Positions 46,697 to 54,772 of a stretch of DNA of 64,000 nt are shown here, one piece after another. The DNA lies in assembly GCA_904398325.1 (NCBI GenBank), contig CAJFPC010000044.1:29109-93108 (forward strand), in the 5' to 3' direction. The position numbers were made by a program, and so were the translations under genes. The number at the start of each line of letters is the position of its first letter. The first letter of the stretch is position 1. Source of the DNA: Candidatus Neoruminococcus faecicola. GTDB lineage: Bacteria > Bacillota > Clostridia > Oscillospirales > Ruminococcaceae. The notes below the pieces were generated by a model. That model was not told the origin of the DNA. It did no database searches and was given only the letters and a program-made list of their open reading frames with translations.

Positions 46697-47903
46697 CGAA
46701 GCTCCTCCTTGCCGTCACGGTAGATATCAGCTGCCCATCCGCCAGGCGGGTGACGATCTCATCCCCCGGGGCGGCCGCCGCAGCCCGGGCAATGGGCTCC
46801 CCCGCTGGCGTGCAGGTGATGGAGTAACCGCGCAGCAGCACCTGTACCGGGTTTAAATCGTTTAAGCGGGAGGCCTGCCGCTCCAGCTCCCGGCGGCACA
46901 GGGCCAGCTTATGCTCTGCCGCCGCCTGCAAAAAAGAAGCGGAATACTCCAGGCGTTCCCGGCAGTGCCGGCGGATGCGCTCATAGGAAGCTTCCAAAAC
47001 AGCCGGCGCCCGCCGCAGGCCGGATTCGTAAGTATCCAGCCGGCCCTGCATCAAGTCCCGCAGGCCGCACCCCGCCGAATAAAGGGATGCCAGCAGCTGG
47101 GCACGGTCCGGCACCGCCAGTTCTGCCGCCGCGGAAGGGGTAGGCGCCCGCAGGTCGGCCACCAGGTCGCAGATGGTCACATCCGTCTCATGGCCCACGG
47201 CGGAAATCACAGGGACTGTACAGCGAAAAACCGCCTGAGCGATCTCTTCCCGGTTAAACTGCCATAAGTCCTCGGCGGAGCCGCCGCCCCTGGCAATGAT
47301 AACCAGGTCGCACCGCCCTTCCCGCTGGATATACTGCAGCTGGCCTGCCACGCTGGCGGCACAGCCCTCCCCCTGCATCAAAGCGGGATAAAGCCGCACC
47401 TCCGCCAGCGGGTAGCGCCGCTGGATCACCTGAAGAATATCCTGGATCACCGCCCCGGTGGGCGATGTGATCACACCGATTTGCTCTGGAAACGGCGGCA
47501 ACGCCTTTTTGCGCTCCGGGTCAAAATAACCCAACGCCGACAGGCGGCGCTTGAGCTGCTCCACCGCGACCGCCATGCTGCCTGCCCCATCCGGGATGAT
47601 CTCATAGGCATAAAGCTGAAAGCTGCCGTCCCGTTCATACAAGGCGCCGCTGCCGCGCAGCAGCACCGCCATGCCGTTTTCCGGCAAAAAGGGCAGCTTC
47701 TCCGCATAGGAGCGGAACATCACGCAGCGCACCGAGGCCGATTCCTCTTTAAGAGAAAAATACAGATGCCCCGAGGACTGATGCCGCACAAAATTGGAAA
47801 CCTCGCCCCGCACATATAATTCCCGCAGCTTGGTCTGCTCCTCCAGCAGGGATTTGACATACCGGTTCAGCTGCGAGACCGTCAAAACCGCGGCGCCCCT
47901 CAC
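46674..47903 (-). CDS. xseA: exodeoxyribonuclease VII large subunit
   Basis: Has N-terminal TVSQLNRYVKSLLE....L.VRGE.SNF and IARGGGSAEDLW.FN. Confidence 0.93.
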   Translation of the reverse strand: MRGAAVLTVSQLNRYVKSLLEEQTKLRELYVRGEVSNFVRHQSSGHLYFSLKEESASVRCVMFRSYAEKLPFLPENGMAVLLRGSGALYERDGSFQLYAYEIIPDGAGSMAVAVEQLKRRLSALGYFDPERKKALPPFPEQIGVITSPTGAVIQDILQVIQRRYPLAEVRLYPALMQGEGCAASVAGQLQYIQREGRCDLVIIARGGGSAEDLWQFNREEIAQAVFRCTVPVISAVGHETDVTICDLVADLRAPTPSAAAELAVPDRAQLLASLYSAGCGLRDLMQGRLDTYESGLRRAPAVLEASYERIRRHCRERLEYSASFLQAAAEHKLALCRRELERQASRLNDLNPVQVLLRGYSITCTPAGEPIARAAAAAPGDEIVTRLADGQLISTVTARRSFDEKERDF

Positions 47904-48847
47904 AGCTTCAGCCCTCCCTGCTGCCAGGCGGCCAGCACCGCCGCCCCGGCGGCATTATCCGCCGAAAAGGCCGGTTCGGCAAACTGCCCGCCAAATTGGC
48001 GGCTGATCTGTTGGCGGATCAGGGAATTGCTCATCACCCCGCCGGCATAAATCAGCGGCAGGCCCGGGCAGCGCGCCAAGGCGATGCGGGTCATTTCCTC
48101 CACCACCGCCAGCACATAGCTAAGGCAGAATTTTGCCACATCCTCCGGCTTTTCCCCCGCCCGGATGCGGGCAAGGCATAAATTCTCGAGGCCGGATGCG
48201 CAAAAATGATCCCCCTGGAATGTCACCCGGGGATGAAAGACGGCCTTGCTTTGCTGGGCAAGCCTGTCCATCTCTGGGCCGGCCGGAAAAGGCAGCCCCA
48301 TCGCCACTCCCACCCGGTCAATGGCCTGGCCCAGCTTCAAATCCAGCGAATGGGAAATGAGCCGGCACAAAAAGACATGCTCCTGCTCCGGCAGGACATG
48401 GTGGCATTCCGATGTGCCGCCGGAAATATGGAAGGCGATAAACTCCCCGCCCAGCAGATCCAGCCGCCCTGTGCTGTAAAGGGCAGCCGCCAGATGCCCC
48501 GCCTGGTGGGAAAATTCCCCCACCGGCACGCCGGCTCCCAAAGCTGCGCCATAAGCCGCCGCCCTGCCGGATAAAAAACAGGGCATGTAGGAATCCTCCT
48601 CATCCCGTGGGCGCACCGACACACCGACGCCCGCTATGGGACGGGAAAGCCGGCTGCGCGCCTCCTCCAACAGGGGCGGAAGGTTCTTGATATGCTGAAA
48701 GACGGCATCGCTCTGGCGCAGGCCGATGCCGCCGCTTTTGACAGTGAGAGGGCGTTTTAAATTGAGCACTACCTGACGGGCCGATGCATCCAGCACCGCC
48801 AGGGATGTGGTGTAATTGCTGGTATCGATGCCCAGATAATACGCCAT
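47900..48847 (-). CDS. Kae1/TsaD-family (ASKHA, glycoprotease-like) protein, divergent paralogue
   Basis: Begins LGIDTSNYTTS where TsaD has IETSCDET. It has an HQAGH metal motif, ISGGTSE, GLPFPAGPEMDRLA, AGGVMSNSL and SADNAAGAA. Confidence 0.7.
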   Translation of the reverse strand: MAYYLGIDTSNYTTSLAVLDASARQVVLNLKRPLTVKSGGIGLRQSDAVFQHIKNLPPLLEEARSRLSRPIAGVGVSVRPRDEEDSYMPCFLSGRAAAYGAALGAGVPVGEFSHQAGHLAAALYSTGRLDLLGGEFIAFHISGGTSECHHVLPEQEHVFLCRLISHSLDLKLGQAIDRVGVAMGLPFPAGPEMDRLAQQSKAVFHPRVTFQGDHFCASGLENLCLARIRAGEKPEDVAKFCLSYVLAVVEEMTRIALARCPGLPLIYAGGVMSNSLIRQQISRQFGGQFAEPAFSADNAAGAAVLAAWQQGGLKL

Positions 48848-48853
48848 GGCCGG

Positions 48854-49264
48854 TCACTCCGCCTGTTTTTCAGGGCAATCCTTGGCATAGGCGCCCAGCA
48901 GGCCGTTGACAAAGGAGAAGTCATCCTCGCCGCCATAGGTTTTGGCCAGGTCTACTGCCTCGTTGATGGAGACGCTGTAGGGAATCTCCGGCCGGTAGCG
49001 CATTTCGCACACGGCCAGACGCAGTGCCGCCAGAGCAGCCTTGGAAATGCGGCTGATCTTCCAGTTGTGGGAATAACGCTCGATGACCTGGTCGATTTCT
49101 TCCAGGTGGTCAAAGGTCGCCTTGGCCAGCTGATAGGTAAAGTCATTCTCATCCAGGGCGATCTCCGGCCCGGCGTTTTCCAAAATCGTGTCCAGATCGT
49201 CCTGGGTAAAGGAGCGCTGGAATATAATCACAAATGCAGCCTCACGGGCTTGTCTTCTATTCAT
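48854..49264 (-). CDS. nusB: transcription antitermination factor NusB
   Basis: Begins MNRRQAREAAFVIIFQ and has LRLAVCEM.Y....P..V.INEAV.LAK. ATG 49264 follows GGAGG. Confidence 0.92.
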   Translation of the reverse strand: MNRRQAREAAFVIIFQRSFTQDDLDTILENAGPEIALDENDFTYQLAKATFDHLEEIDQVIERYSHNWKISRISKAALAALRLAVCEMRYRPEIPYSVSINEAVDLAKTYGGEDDFSFVNGLLGAYAKDCPEKQAE

Positions 49265-49361
49265 CCGAAACCTCCGATGGTATTTTTTACTCTCCCCCGC
49301 ATCGGGGGCAAAAAGAAAACGTGAAAACAGAACATACCCCCGGGGGAGTATGTTCTGCACG

Positions 49362-49733
49362 TTATTCCTCTTCTTCAGCTTTCGGATTGCGGAAGGCGAT
49401 GCCGGAAACCACCACGTTCACTTTTGCCACGGCAATGCCGGTCATGCTCTGCACCGCATCCTTGACAGAACGCTGGATATTCTCCGCAACTTCCCGAATT
49501 TTAGCGCCGTACATCACGTTGACATGCACCGTGATGGTGGCCACATCCTCATTGAGTTCCACTAGAATGGCTTTAGGCGGGCGCTTGGCCTGCAGCCAGC
49601 CTTTCAAATTGGTACCCAGCGAGGCCAGCGAGGCAACCCCCTCCACCTCCCGCAGGCAGTAGGCGGTGATCGAAGAGATCACATCCTGGGAAATTTTCAG
49701 ATTGCCGGAAGCCGTTCTCTTTTCGTTGTCCAT
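49362..49733 (-). CDS. Asp23/Gls24-family envelope stress protein
   Basis: Has GNLKISQDVISSITAYCLREVEGV...VNV.YG..I.EVA..IQ..V. The start is at 49733 or 49748. Confidence 0.88.
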   Translation of the reverse strand: MDNEKRTASGNLKISQDVISSITAYCLREVEGVASLASLGTNLKGWLQAKRPPKAILVELNEDVATITVHVNVMYGAKIREVAENIQRSVKDAVQSMTGIAVAKVNVVVSGIAFRNPKAEEEE

Positions 49734-49786
49734 ATCGGGAACCCCCATTTCTGAGCGCTGTATTTTGTGTATAGAAATACAGTTCT

Positions 49787-49814
49787 ATTATACCACAAAA
49801 TACATGATAGACAA
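49787..49814 (-). promoter_or_regulatory. sigma-A promoter of asp23-nusB
   Basis: On the minus strand: TTGTCT (49809-49814), 16-bp spacer ending in TGG, TATAAT (49787-49792). Confidence 0.5.
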
Positions 49815-49816
49815 CC

Positions 49817-50371
49817 TTATTTTACCTCCACAATCGAAATATTTTCCGCCTCCACGTCGGTCTCCTTAAGGATGATATCCTTCAGCTGGGCCACCTGCGC
49901 CGTATCCAGGCCGTCGGTTTTTACCACCACATCCACCCGGGTGCTGTCACAGTAGACCATCACATCCTCAAAGCCTTTAGCCTTGATCAGATTCTCAATT
50001 TTGCCCTCGGTTTCAATAGACTGCGCCAGCTGGGTGGCCTGCAGAGTGTAGATGGTCTTCTGCTCCGTATCCAGATCCGCCTGGCTGAGCATATCCTTCA
50101 GTGCGGCGGCAGCCTCATCCCGGGAGCGCTGGCGGGTCAGCTTGGCATCGGCAAAATAGCTCTCGCTGTCCACTTCTTCCCCAATCAGCGGGGCCTGGCC
50201 ATCCACCAGCTGGGATTCCCCGTAATTGCTGGCCACGGTCTGGTCTGTCACCATCTGGCCGCCCTCCAGCTGGGCATACTGCCAGTTGAGATAAACGGCG
50301 ATGCTGAGCCCCGCCACCAAAGAGGCCAAAATGACCTGTTTTTTTCCGATAGCGATACGACGACGGTTCAT
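49817..50371 (-). CDS. spoIIIAH: stage III sporulation protein AH
   Basis: Last gene of the spoIIIA cluster. Has an N-terminal anchor (KKQVILASLVAGLSIAVYLNWQY) and a YscJ/FliF-like C-terminal domain. Confidence 0.85.
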   Translation of the reverse strand: MNRRRIAIGKKQVILASLVAGLSIAVYLNWQYAQLEGGQMVTDQTVASNYGESQLVDGQAPLIGEEVDSESYFADAKLTRQRSRDEAAAALKDMLSQADLDTEQKTIYTLQATQLAQSIETEGKIENLIKAKGFEDVMVYCDSTRVDVVVKTDGLDTAQVAQLKDIILKETDVEAENISIVEVK

Positions 50372-50391
50372 AATTCTCCTCCTAATGATCC

Positions 50392-50949
50392 TTATTTTGT
50401 GACTATGACCTGATTTGAGCTGATATGATAAGCAGTCATCACCACCTGGGTGATTTTCTGCTGAATAACGGTGTTGTCTCCCCCATCGCAGATCACCACA
50501 ACCCCCAGCACCTGAGGGGTGCGCTCATACCGGAGCACCGGGGCGGTGCTGCGCTGGGAATCCGTCATGACATAGCTGTTTTCCCGGGTTTCTCTCACTT
50601 CGGTCTGCCCTTCGGCCTCACTGCGGTCGGTGGAGGATTTTTCCTCGGTGAGATACACTTTCTCAGCGCCGCTTTCCAGCGTGATAAGGACCTGGACATT
50701 TCCCACACCCTCCATTTTTTCCAGCGATTCTTGCAGGGAGTCTTCCAAAAGCGCGGCGTAATCCCTGGTGCTGATCTGCGCTGTGCCGTCAGCGGACAGT
50801 TGCTCCTGCGCTTCACCCCCGCCCAGGCCGGGCAGCGTCAGCAGCAGCATGCCTGCCGCCCCTGCCAAAACCAGCCACCGGTATCCGCCTTTTTCTCTCC
50901 AACGGGAAAAAACTGCCTTCCATTCTATTTTACTCATATCCCATGCCAC
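50392..50949 (-). CDS. spoIIIAG: stage III sporulation protein AG
   Basis: Has one TM and then a conserved C-terminus (P.V.GVVVICDGGDN..IQQKI...V.....IS.N.V.V). The start is at 50949 or 50937. Confidence 0.85.
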   Translation of the reverse strand: MAWDMSKIEWKAVFSRWREKGGYRWLVLAGAAGMLLLTLPGLGGGEAQEQLSADGTAQISTRDYAALLEDSLQESLEKMEGVGNVQVLITLESGAEKVYLTEEKSSTDRSEAEGQTEVRETRENSYVMTDSQRSTAPVLRYERTPQVLGVVVICDGGDNTVIQQKITQVVMTAYHISSNQVIVTK

Positions 50950-51418
50950 TCCTGTCGAAATCCGGGGTTTTCCCTGTCATTTGTTTTATGGCGGAGGAAA
51001 TCTGCCCGGCGTTCGGTTCGCTTTCCTCCCCCAGCCGGATGATGATGGAAAAATCCAGCTGGCTTAAGGATTCATTGGTAATAGTTATGAGGATGTCGCT
51101 CTCCTTTATGCCATAGGGGGACAAATTTTCGGCCAGGGTTTGCCGCAGGTTCTGCCGGAATTGGGAAAGGACCATCTGATCCCGCGCTGCGGCGATCTCA
51201 AGGCTGGACTGGCTGATCTCCTCCCGGAAATCCTCCCCGGGCAGGGAGAAGGAAAATCTCCCCGTCAAAAAGGGCGATAAAATGCAAAACGCCAGAAAAA
51301 GCCCCACCGCCCCTTTGGCTGCGCTGGCCAGCTGGCGCTGGGGCAGCAGCATCACCATTGCCCCGCAGAATACCACGCCGACACAGATCAAATAGGCCCA
51401 TTCCCGGATGCCGCTCAT
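50930..51418 (-). CDS. spoIIIAF: stage III sporulation protein AF
   Basis: Begins MSGIREWAYLICVGVVFCGAMVMLLP. ATG 51418 overlaps the spoIIIAE stop. The 252-aa track form is a 5' over-extension into spoIIIAE. Confidence 0.8.
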   Translation of the reverse strand: MSGIREWAYLICVGVVFCGAMVMLLPQRQLASAAKGAVGLFLAFCILSPFLTGRFSFSLPGEDFREEISQSSLEIAAARDQMVLSQFRQNLRQTLAENLSPYGIKESDILITITNESLSQLDFSIIIRLGEESEPNAGQISSAIKQMTGKTPDFDRSGMGYE

Positions 51419-52539
51419 GTGACCCCCACCCCCAAAACCAGCAGAATTGTGGTCGATACGATCAAAAGCAGTGCAAAGGAGACCACCAGCGCCATCAAAA
51501 CCCCCAGCGCACTGCTGAAAGCCTTCATCATCTCCGCCAGCGGTTTGGCCCCAAACAGGCCGGCGGCGGCCGAAGCCAGCATACTGGCAAAATACCAGGC
51601 GGCCGACTGCAGCAGCACCGGCAGAAAAATCAGCCCGGCCAACACCACGCCGACGGTGCCGACGGCATTTTTCACCAGGGTGATGCACCCCTGGGCGGCT
51701 GCATACGCATCGGAAAGGGCGCTGCCCACCACCGGGATAAAATTTCCGATGACAAATTTCGCTGCCCGCACCGTCACCGTATCCGCACCGGCGCCCACCA
51801 GGTTCTGCAGGGTCATCAGCCCTACAAACAGGGTGGTCATCACCCCCAGAATCCAGTAGGCGATGGTACGGATGCTGCCCGCGGCATCCAGGATGCCCTG
51901 CTGTCTCATCCCGGCACCCACCAGGGAAAAGGCCAGGTAAATACCCATCATCGGCAGGATGACATCCACCGCCACGGCAGAAAAAATCTGACAGGCGCCA
52001 AACAGCACCAGACTATAGGCAGAGGCAGTCACCGGCTGCCCGGTCAGGGTGGTGGCACCGGCTAAGACAGGGATAAAACTGCTCAAAAAGGTGGAGCACT
52101 CCCAAATAGCGGTGCTGACCTGAGCGATGCACTGGGTAATGGGCGAGGCGGTTATCATAGCGCAGAACAGCAGCACCACCATCTGCAGCAGTGAGGACAT
52201 CTCCCGCCCTAAAAAGGAAAATTCCATCCCCTGGAACATACAGTAGACCGCGCCGATGCCGGTAACCGCTGCCAAGAGACGCAGCGGGGCGGAAAGTTTG
52301 TCCCAAAAAAGCTCCCAGAGAAAGCGCATCAGCTCCCCGGGGGAAATATCCAGGATGCTCTGCGCCGTCAGGCCCTCCGCTAATTCCCTGGCCTCAGGCG
52401 AGGCTGATTCGATCAGGCGGCCGGCCTCCTCCTCGGCCGTCTGCCAGCCCTGCTCCTCCAAGGAAGGCTCCTCAGCATGCGCCGGCAGCGGGATCAGCAT
52501 TAAGAGCAGAATACAAAACATCAGCAGCAGTTTTTTCAT
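51415..52539 (-). CDS. spoIIIAE: stage III sporulation protein AE
   Basis: Has a signal peptide (MKKLLLMFCILLLMLIPLPAHA) and then a polytopic membrane domain typical of SpoIIIAE. Confidence 0.88.
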   Translation of the reverse strand: MKKLLLMFCILLLMLIPLPAHAEEPSLEEQGWQTAEEEAGRLIESASPEARELAEGLTAQSILDISPGELMRFLWELFWDKLSAPLRLLAAVTGIGAVYCMFQGMEFSFLGREMSSLLQMVVLLFCAMITASPITQCIAQVSTAIWECSTFLSSFIPVLAGATTLTGQPVTASAYSLVLFGACQIFSAVAVDVILPMMGIYLAFSLVGAGMRQQGILDAAGSIRTIAYWILGVMTTLFVGLMTLQNLVGAGADTVTVRAAKFVIGNFIPVVGSALSDAYAAAQGCITLVKNAVGTVGVVLAGLIFLPVLLQSAAWYFASMLASAAAGLFGAKPLAEMMKAFSSALGVLMALVVSFALLLIVSTTILLVLGVGVT

Positions 52540-52545
52540 CTTTTT

Positions 52546-52932
52546 TCACCCGATCATCTGGGATGCGGCGGCCAGCAGCTCCTGAAACAGCGGCAGCGAC
52601 AAAGACAGGATGGTCACCCTGCCGGCAATCTCCACCTTGGTAGCAATGGCCTGCTGGCCGGCATCCCGGCAGGTATCCACCGCCAGCTGTGTAACCATCG
52701 CCACACCGATTACCTTAACCAGCAGGATGAAGTAAGGTTCCGCCTGCCGGAACAGCTGCCACATTCCCTCCAAAGCGGCCATCAGGTCGCTGAGCGGCTT
52801 GAGCAGCGAGAGGAAAATCAGCACGCCGGTCAAAAGGGAGATTGCCACCGCAAATTCCGGCCGGTATTCCCGCACCAGCAAAATCAGCACGACGGCAATC
52901 AGCGCCGCCCCAACAACACCAAACAGATTCAT
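52546..52932 (-). CDS. spoIIIAD: stage III sporulation protein AD
   Basis: Four-TM small protein (MNLFGVVGAALIAVVLILLVREYRPEFA...). It sits between AC and AE. Confidence 0.85.
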   Translation of the reverse strand: MNLFGVVGAALIAVVLILLVREYRPEFAVAISLLTGVLIFLSLLKPLSDLMAALEGMWQLFRQAEPYFILLVKVIGVAMVTQLAVDTCRDAGQQAIATKVEIAGRVTILSLSLPLFQELLAAASQMIG

Positions 52933-52933
52933 C

Positions 52934-53131
52934 TCAATACAGCCCAAACACGGCTTTCACCGTCTCAAACAGATTGTTGATTTCATAAATAATCATCATC
53001 AGCACGCAGATAAGCCCTGCCAGCGTCAGCATCAGCGCCTGCTCCTCCCGGCCGGAACGGATCAGCAGCTGGTTGAGTACGGCAACGATGATGCCGATGG
53101 CGGCAATCCGAAAGATCAGGTCAATTTCCAA
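52934..53131 (-). CDS. spoIIIAC: stage III sporulation protein AC
   Basis: 65 aa, beginning IDLIFRIAAIGIIVAVLNQLLIRSGREEQA. This is the canonical SpoIIIAC sequence. Confidence 0.9.
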   Translation of the reverse strand: MEIDLIFRIAAIGIIVAVLNQLLIRSGREEQALMLTLAGLICVLMMIIYEINNLFETVKAVFGLY

Positions 53132-53146
53132 GGCGTTTCCCTCCCT

Positions 53147-53626
53147 TTACACCAGCAGGATGCAGATCAGCACGCCTGCCAGCACACCGGCGCTTTGATA
53201 AAGCGGCGCCAAGCGCTGTTGGGTGCTCTTGGCCTCCCCGCGGTATTCTTCCAGCTGAGTGAGCATAAATTCCAGCGACCGCGTCTGAGAGGCCGCATCA
53301 TAGGCCCCCAGCAGCTGCCCCAACGGCTCCAGGATTTCTTTGAGCCGGGGGGCCATGGGTTCCGCTGCCAGTGCGGCGCGGTATGCCTGGGGAAAAGCGG
53401 CCCCTCCCTGCATCCGTTCCAGGCACTGCAGGGCCAGCGCCTCCCCCGACCGGGCCAGCATCTCCTGCAGGGCCGGCAGATCAAACTGCAGGTGGCCGGA
53501 CAGCCCCTTTAAAAACCGGATCATCCGCTGGGCATCCGCAACCGCCCGGCGCAGCTCAGCGGCCTTTTGCCGTCCGGCGGCCCAGCCGCACAGAATCAGC
53601 AGCATCGCCCCCGCAGCCTTCAGCAT
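53147..53626 (-). CDS. spoIIIAB: stage III sporulation protein AB
   Basis: About 160 aa with N- and C-terminal TM segments. Identified from its position after spoIIIAA. Confidence 0.8.
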   Translation of the reverse strand: MLKAAGAMLLILCGWAAGRQKAAELRRAVADAQRMIRFLKGLSGHLQFDLPALQEMLARSGEALALQCLERMQGGAAFPQAYRAALAAEPMAPRLKEILEPLGQLLGAYDAASQTRSLEFMLTQLEEYRGEAKSTQQRLAPLYQSAGVLAGVLICILLV

Positions 53627-54563
53627 GATTTACCCCCACCCTCCTGACCTGTGCAATCTGGCAGGGCGCATGGCTGCCCTGCAGCAAAACCAGATAATCA
53701 AAGGCCCCGCTTTGCAATAACGCTGCCGCCTTGGGCCGCCGCAGCACCTCCTGCACCGAAGCGGCATGGATGGTGGAACAGATCTTCACCCCGCTGTCCG
53801 CGCAGCTTTTCACCGCGGCAAGGTCGCTTTCCGCGCTGATCTCGTCGCAGAGCACCAGCTGCGGCGAGAGGTTCCGGATAGCGGTTATCATCCCCTGTGC
53901 CTTCTGATAGCCGCAGAGCAGCTCGCAGGTCACCGCACGGCTGCGCCCACCGTTCACCTCCAGGCAGCTGGAAATCTCGTTTTTCTCATCCACCGCCACC
54001 GCCTTGACAAATCGCCCTTCCCTGCCGCTGCACAGCTGCAGGATCAGATCCCGCAGCAGGGTGGTTTTGCCGCTGCCCGGCTCCCCCGCCAGCAAAATGC
54101 CGCTGACCCGGTCCCGGCAGCACTGCTGCACCAGCTCTTCCGCGCTGCCCGGTATCATCCTGGCGATGCGCAGGCAGATCGCGCTGATATCCCGCACGGT
54201 GAAAAGCCCGCTTTGCTGATAAACCGCCGTTCCCGCTATGCCGGCCCGGTGGCCGCCCTGGGTGGTGATGTAGCCGTTCTGCATCTCATCCAGATGGGTA
54301 TGCACCGAATATTGGCACAGGCTGCGGAAGCTTTCCATCACCTCCTCGCGGGTGACGATCCTGGCCTCCCGGGGGCTGTCATGGCAGCCTCCCCTCCGGT
54401 CGAGGAAAAAGGGCCGCCTGCCATCGTGCAGATACAGCGGTTTTCCGGCGCCCAGGCGAATCTCCTGCGCGGATTGCGCCAGCAGATCCGGCACAGCGGC
54501 AAGCGGTTCCCGCAAAGAGGGGCAAAGCCCGCTGACCGCTTTCAGATAATTCTGATCCTGCAT
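53556..54563 (-). CDS. spoIIIAA: stage III sporulation protein AA (AAA+ ATPase)
   Basis: Has Walker A GEPGSGKTTLLRD and Walker B LVLCDEI. It is the first gene of the operon. SD is AAAGGAG. Confidence 0.9.
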   Translation of the reverse strand: MQDQNYLKAVSGLCPSLREPLAAVPDLLAQSAQEIRLGAGKPLYLHDGRRPFFLDRRGGCHDSPREARIVTREEVMESFRSLCQYSVHTHLDEMQNGYITTQGGHRAGIAGTAVYQQSGLFTVRDISAICLRIARMIPGSAEELVQQCCRDRVSGILLAGEPGSGKTTLLRDLILQLCSGREGRFVKAVAVDEKNEISSCLEVNGGRSRAVTCELLCGYQKAQGMITAIRNLSPQLVLCDEISAESDLAAVKSCADSGVKICSTIHAASVQEVLRRPKAAALLQSGAFDYLVLLQGSHAPCQIAQVRRVGVNHAEGCGGDAADSVRLGRRTAKGR

Positions 54564-54624
54564 TTTCTCAACTCCTTTCGTCTTAACTATATTTTGCTTG
54601 TCCCCGGTTTAGAACGGCCGCCGC

Positions 54625-54656
54625 AGAAAAAAGGACAGCCCCAGGGGATGGGGCTG
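54625..54656 (-). terminator. second hairpin with U-tract between polC and spoIIIAA
   Basis: The minus strand reads CAGCCCCA, loop TCCCC, TGGGGCTG, followed by TCCTTTTTTCTG. Confidence 0.55.
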
Positions 54657-54712
54657 CCGCATTTTGTACCGGTTGTTTGTAAAGCTATTTTGCTTTTCAC
54701 TATTTTCATCAC

Positions 54713-54747
54713 AAAAAAGCCGAGCCGCAGCATCGCTGCAGCCCGGC
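54713..54747 (-). terminator. strong rho-independent terminator of polC
   Basis: The minus strand reads GCCGGGCTGCAGC, loop GAT, GCTGCGGCTCGGC. This makes 13 pairs including 2 G-U, followed by TTTTTTG. Confidence 0.85.
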
Positions 54748-54772
54748 GCCGGGTGATAATACAATTTAGCTT

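Noticed and set aside
54587-54709. 40-codon minus-strand ORF (MKIVKSKIALQTTGTKCGSPIPWGCPFFCGGRSKPGTSKI) between polC and spoIIIAA.
   Set aside because: No SD precedes the ATG, which sits in the U-tract of the polC terminator. The ORF also contains the second terminator hairpin. It is probably a chance ORF and is worth only a Ribo-seq glance.
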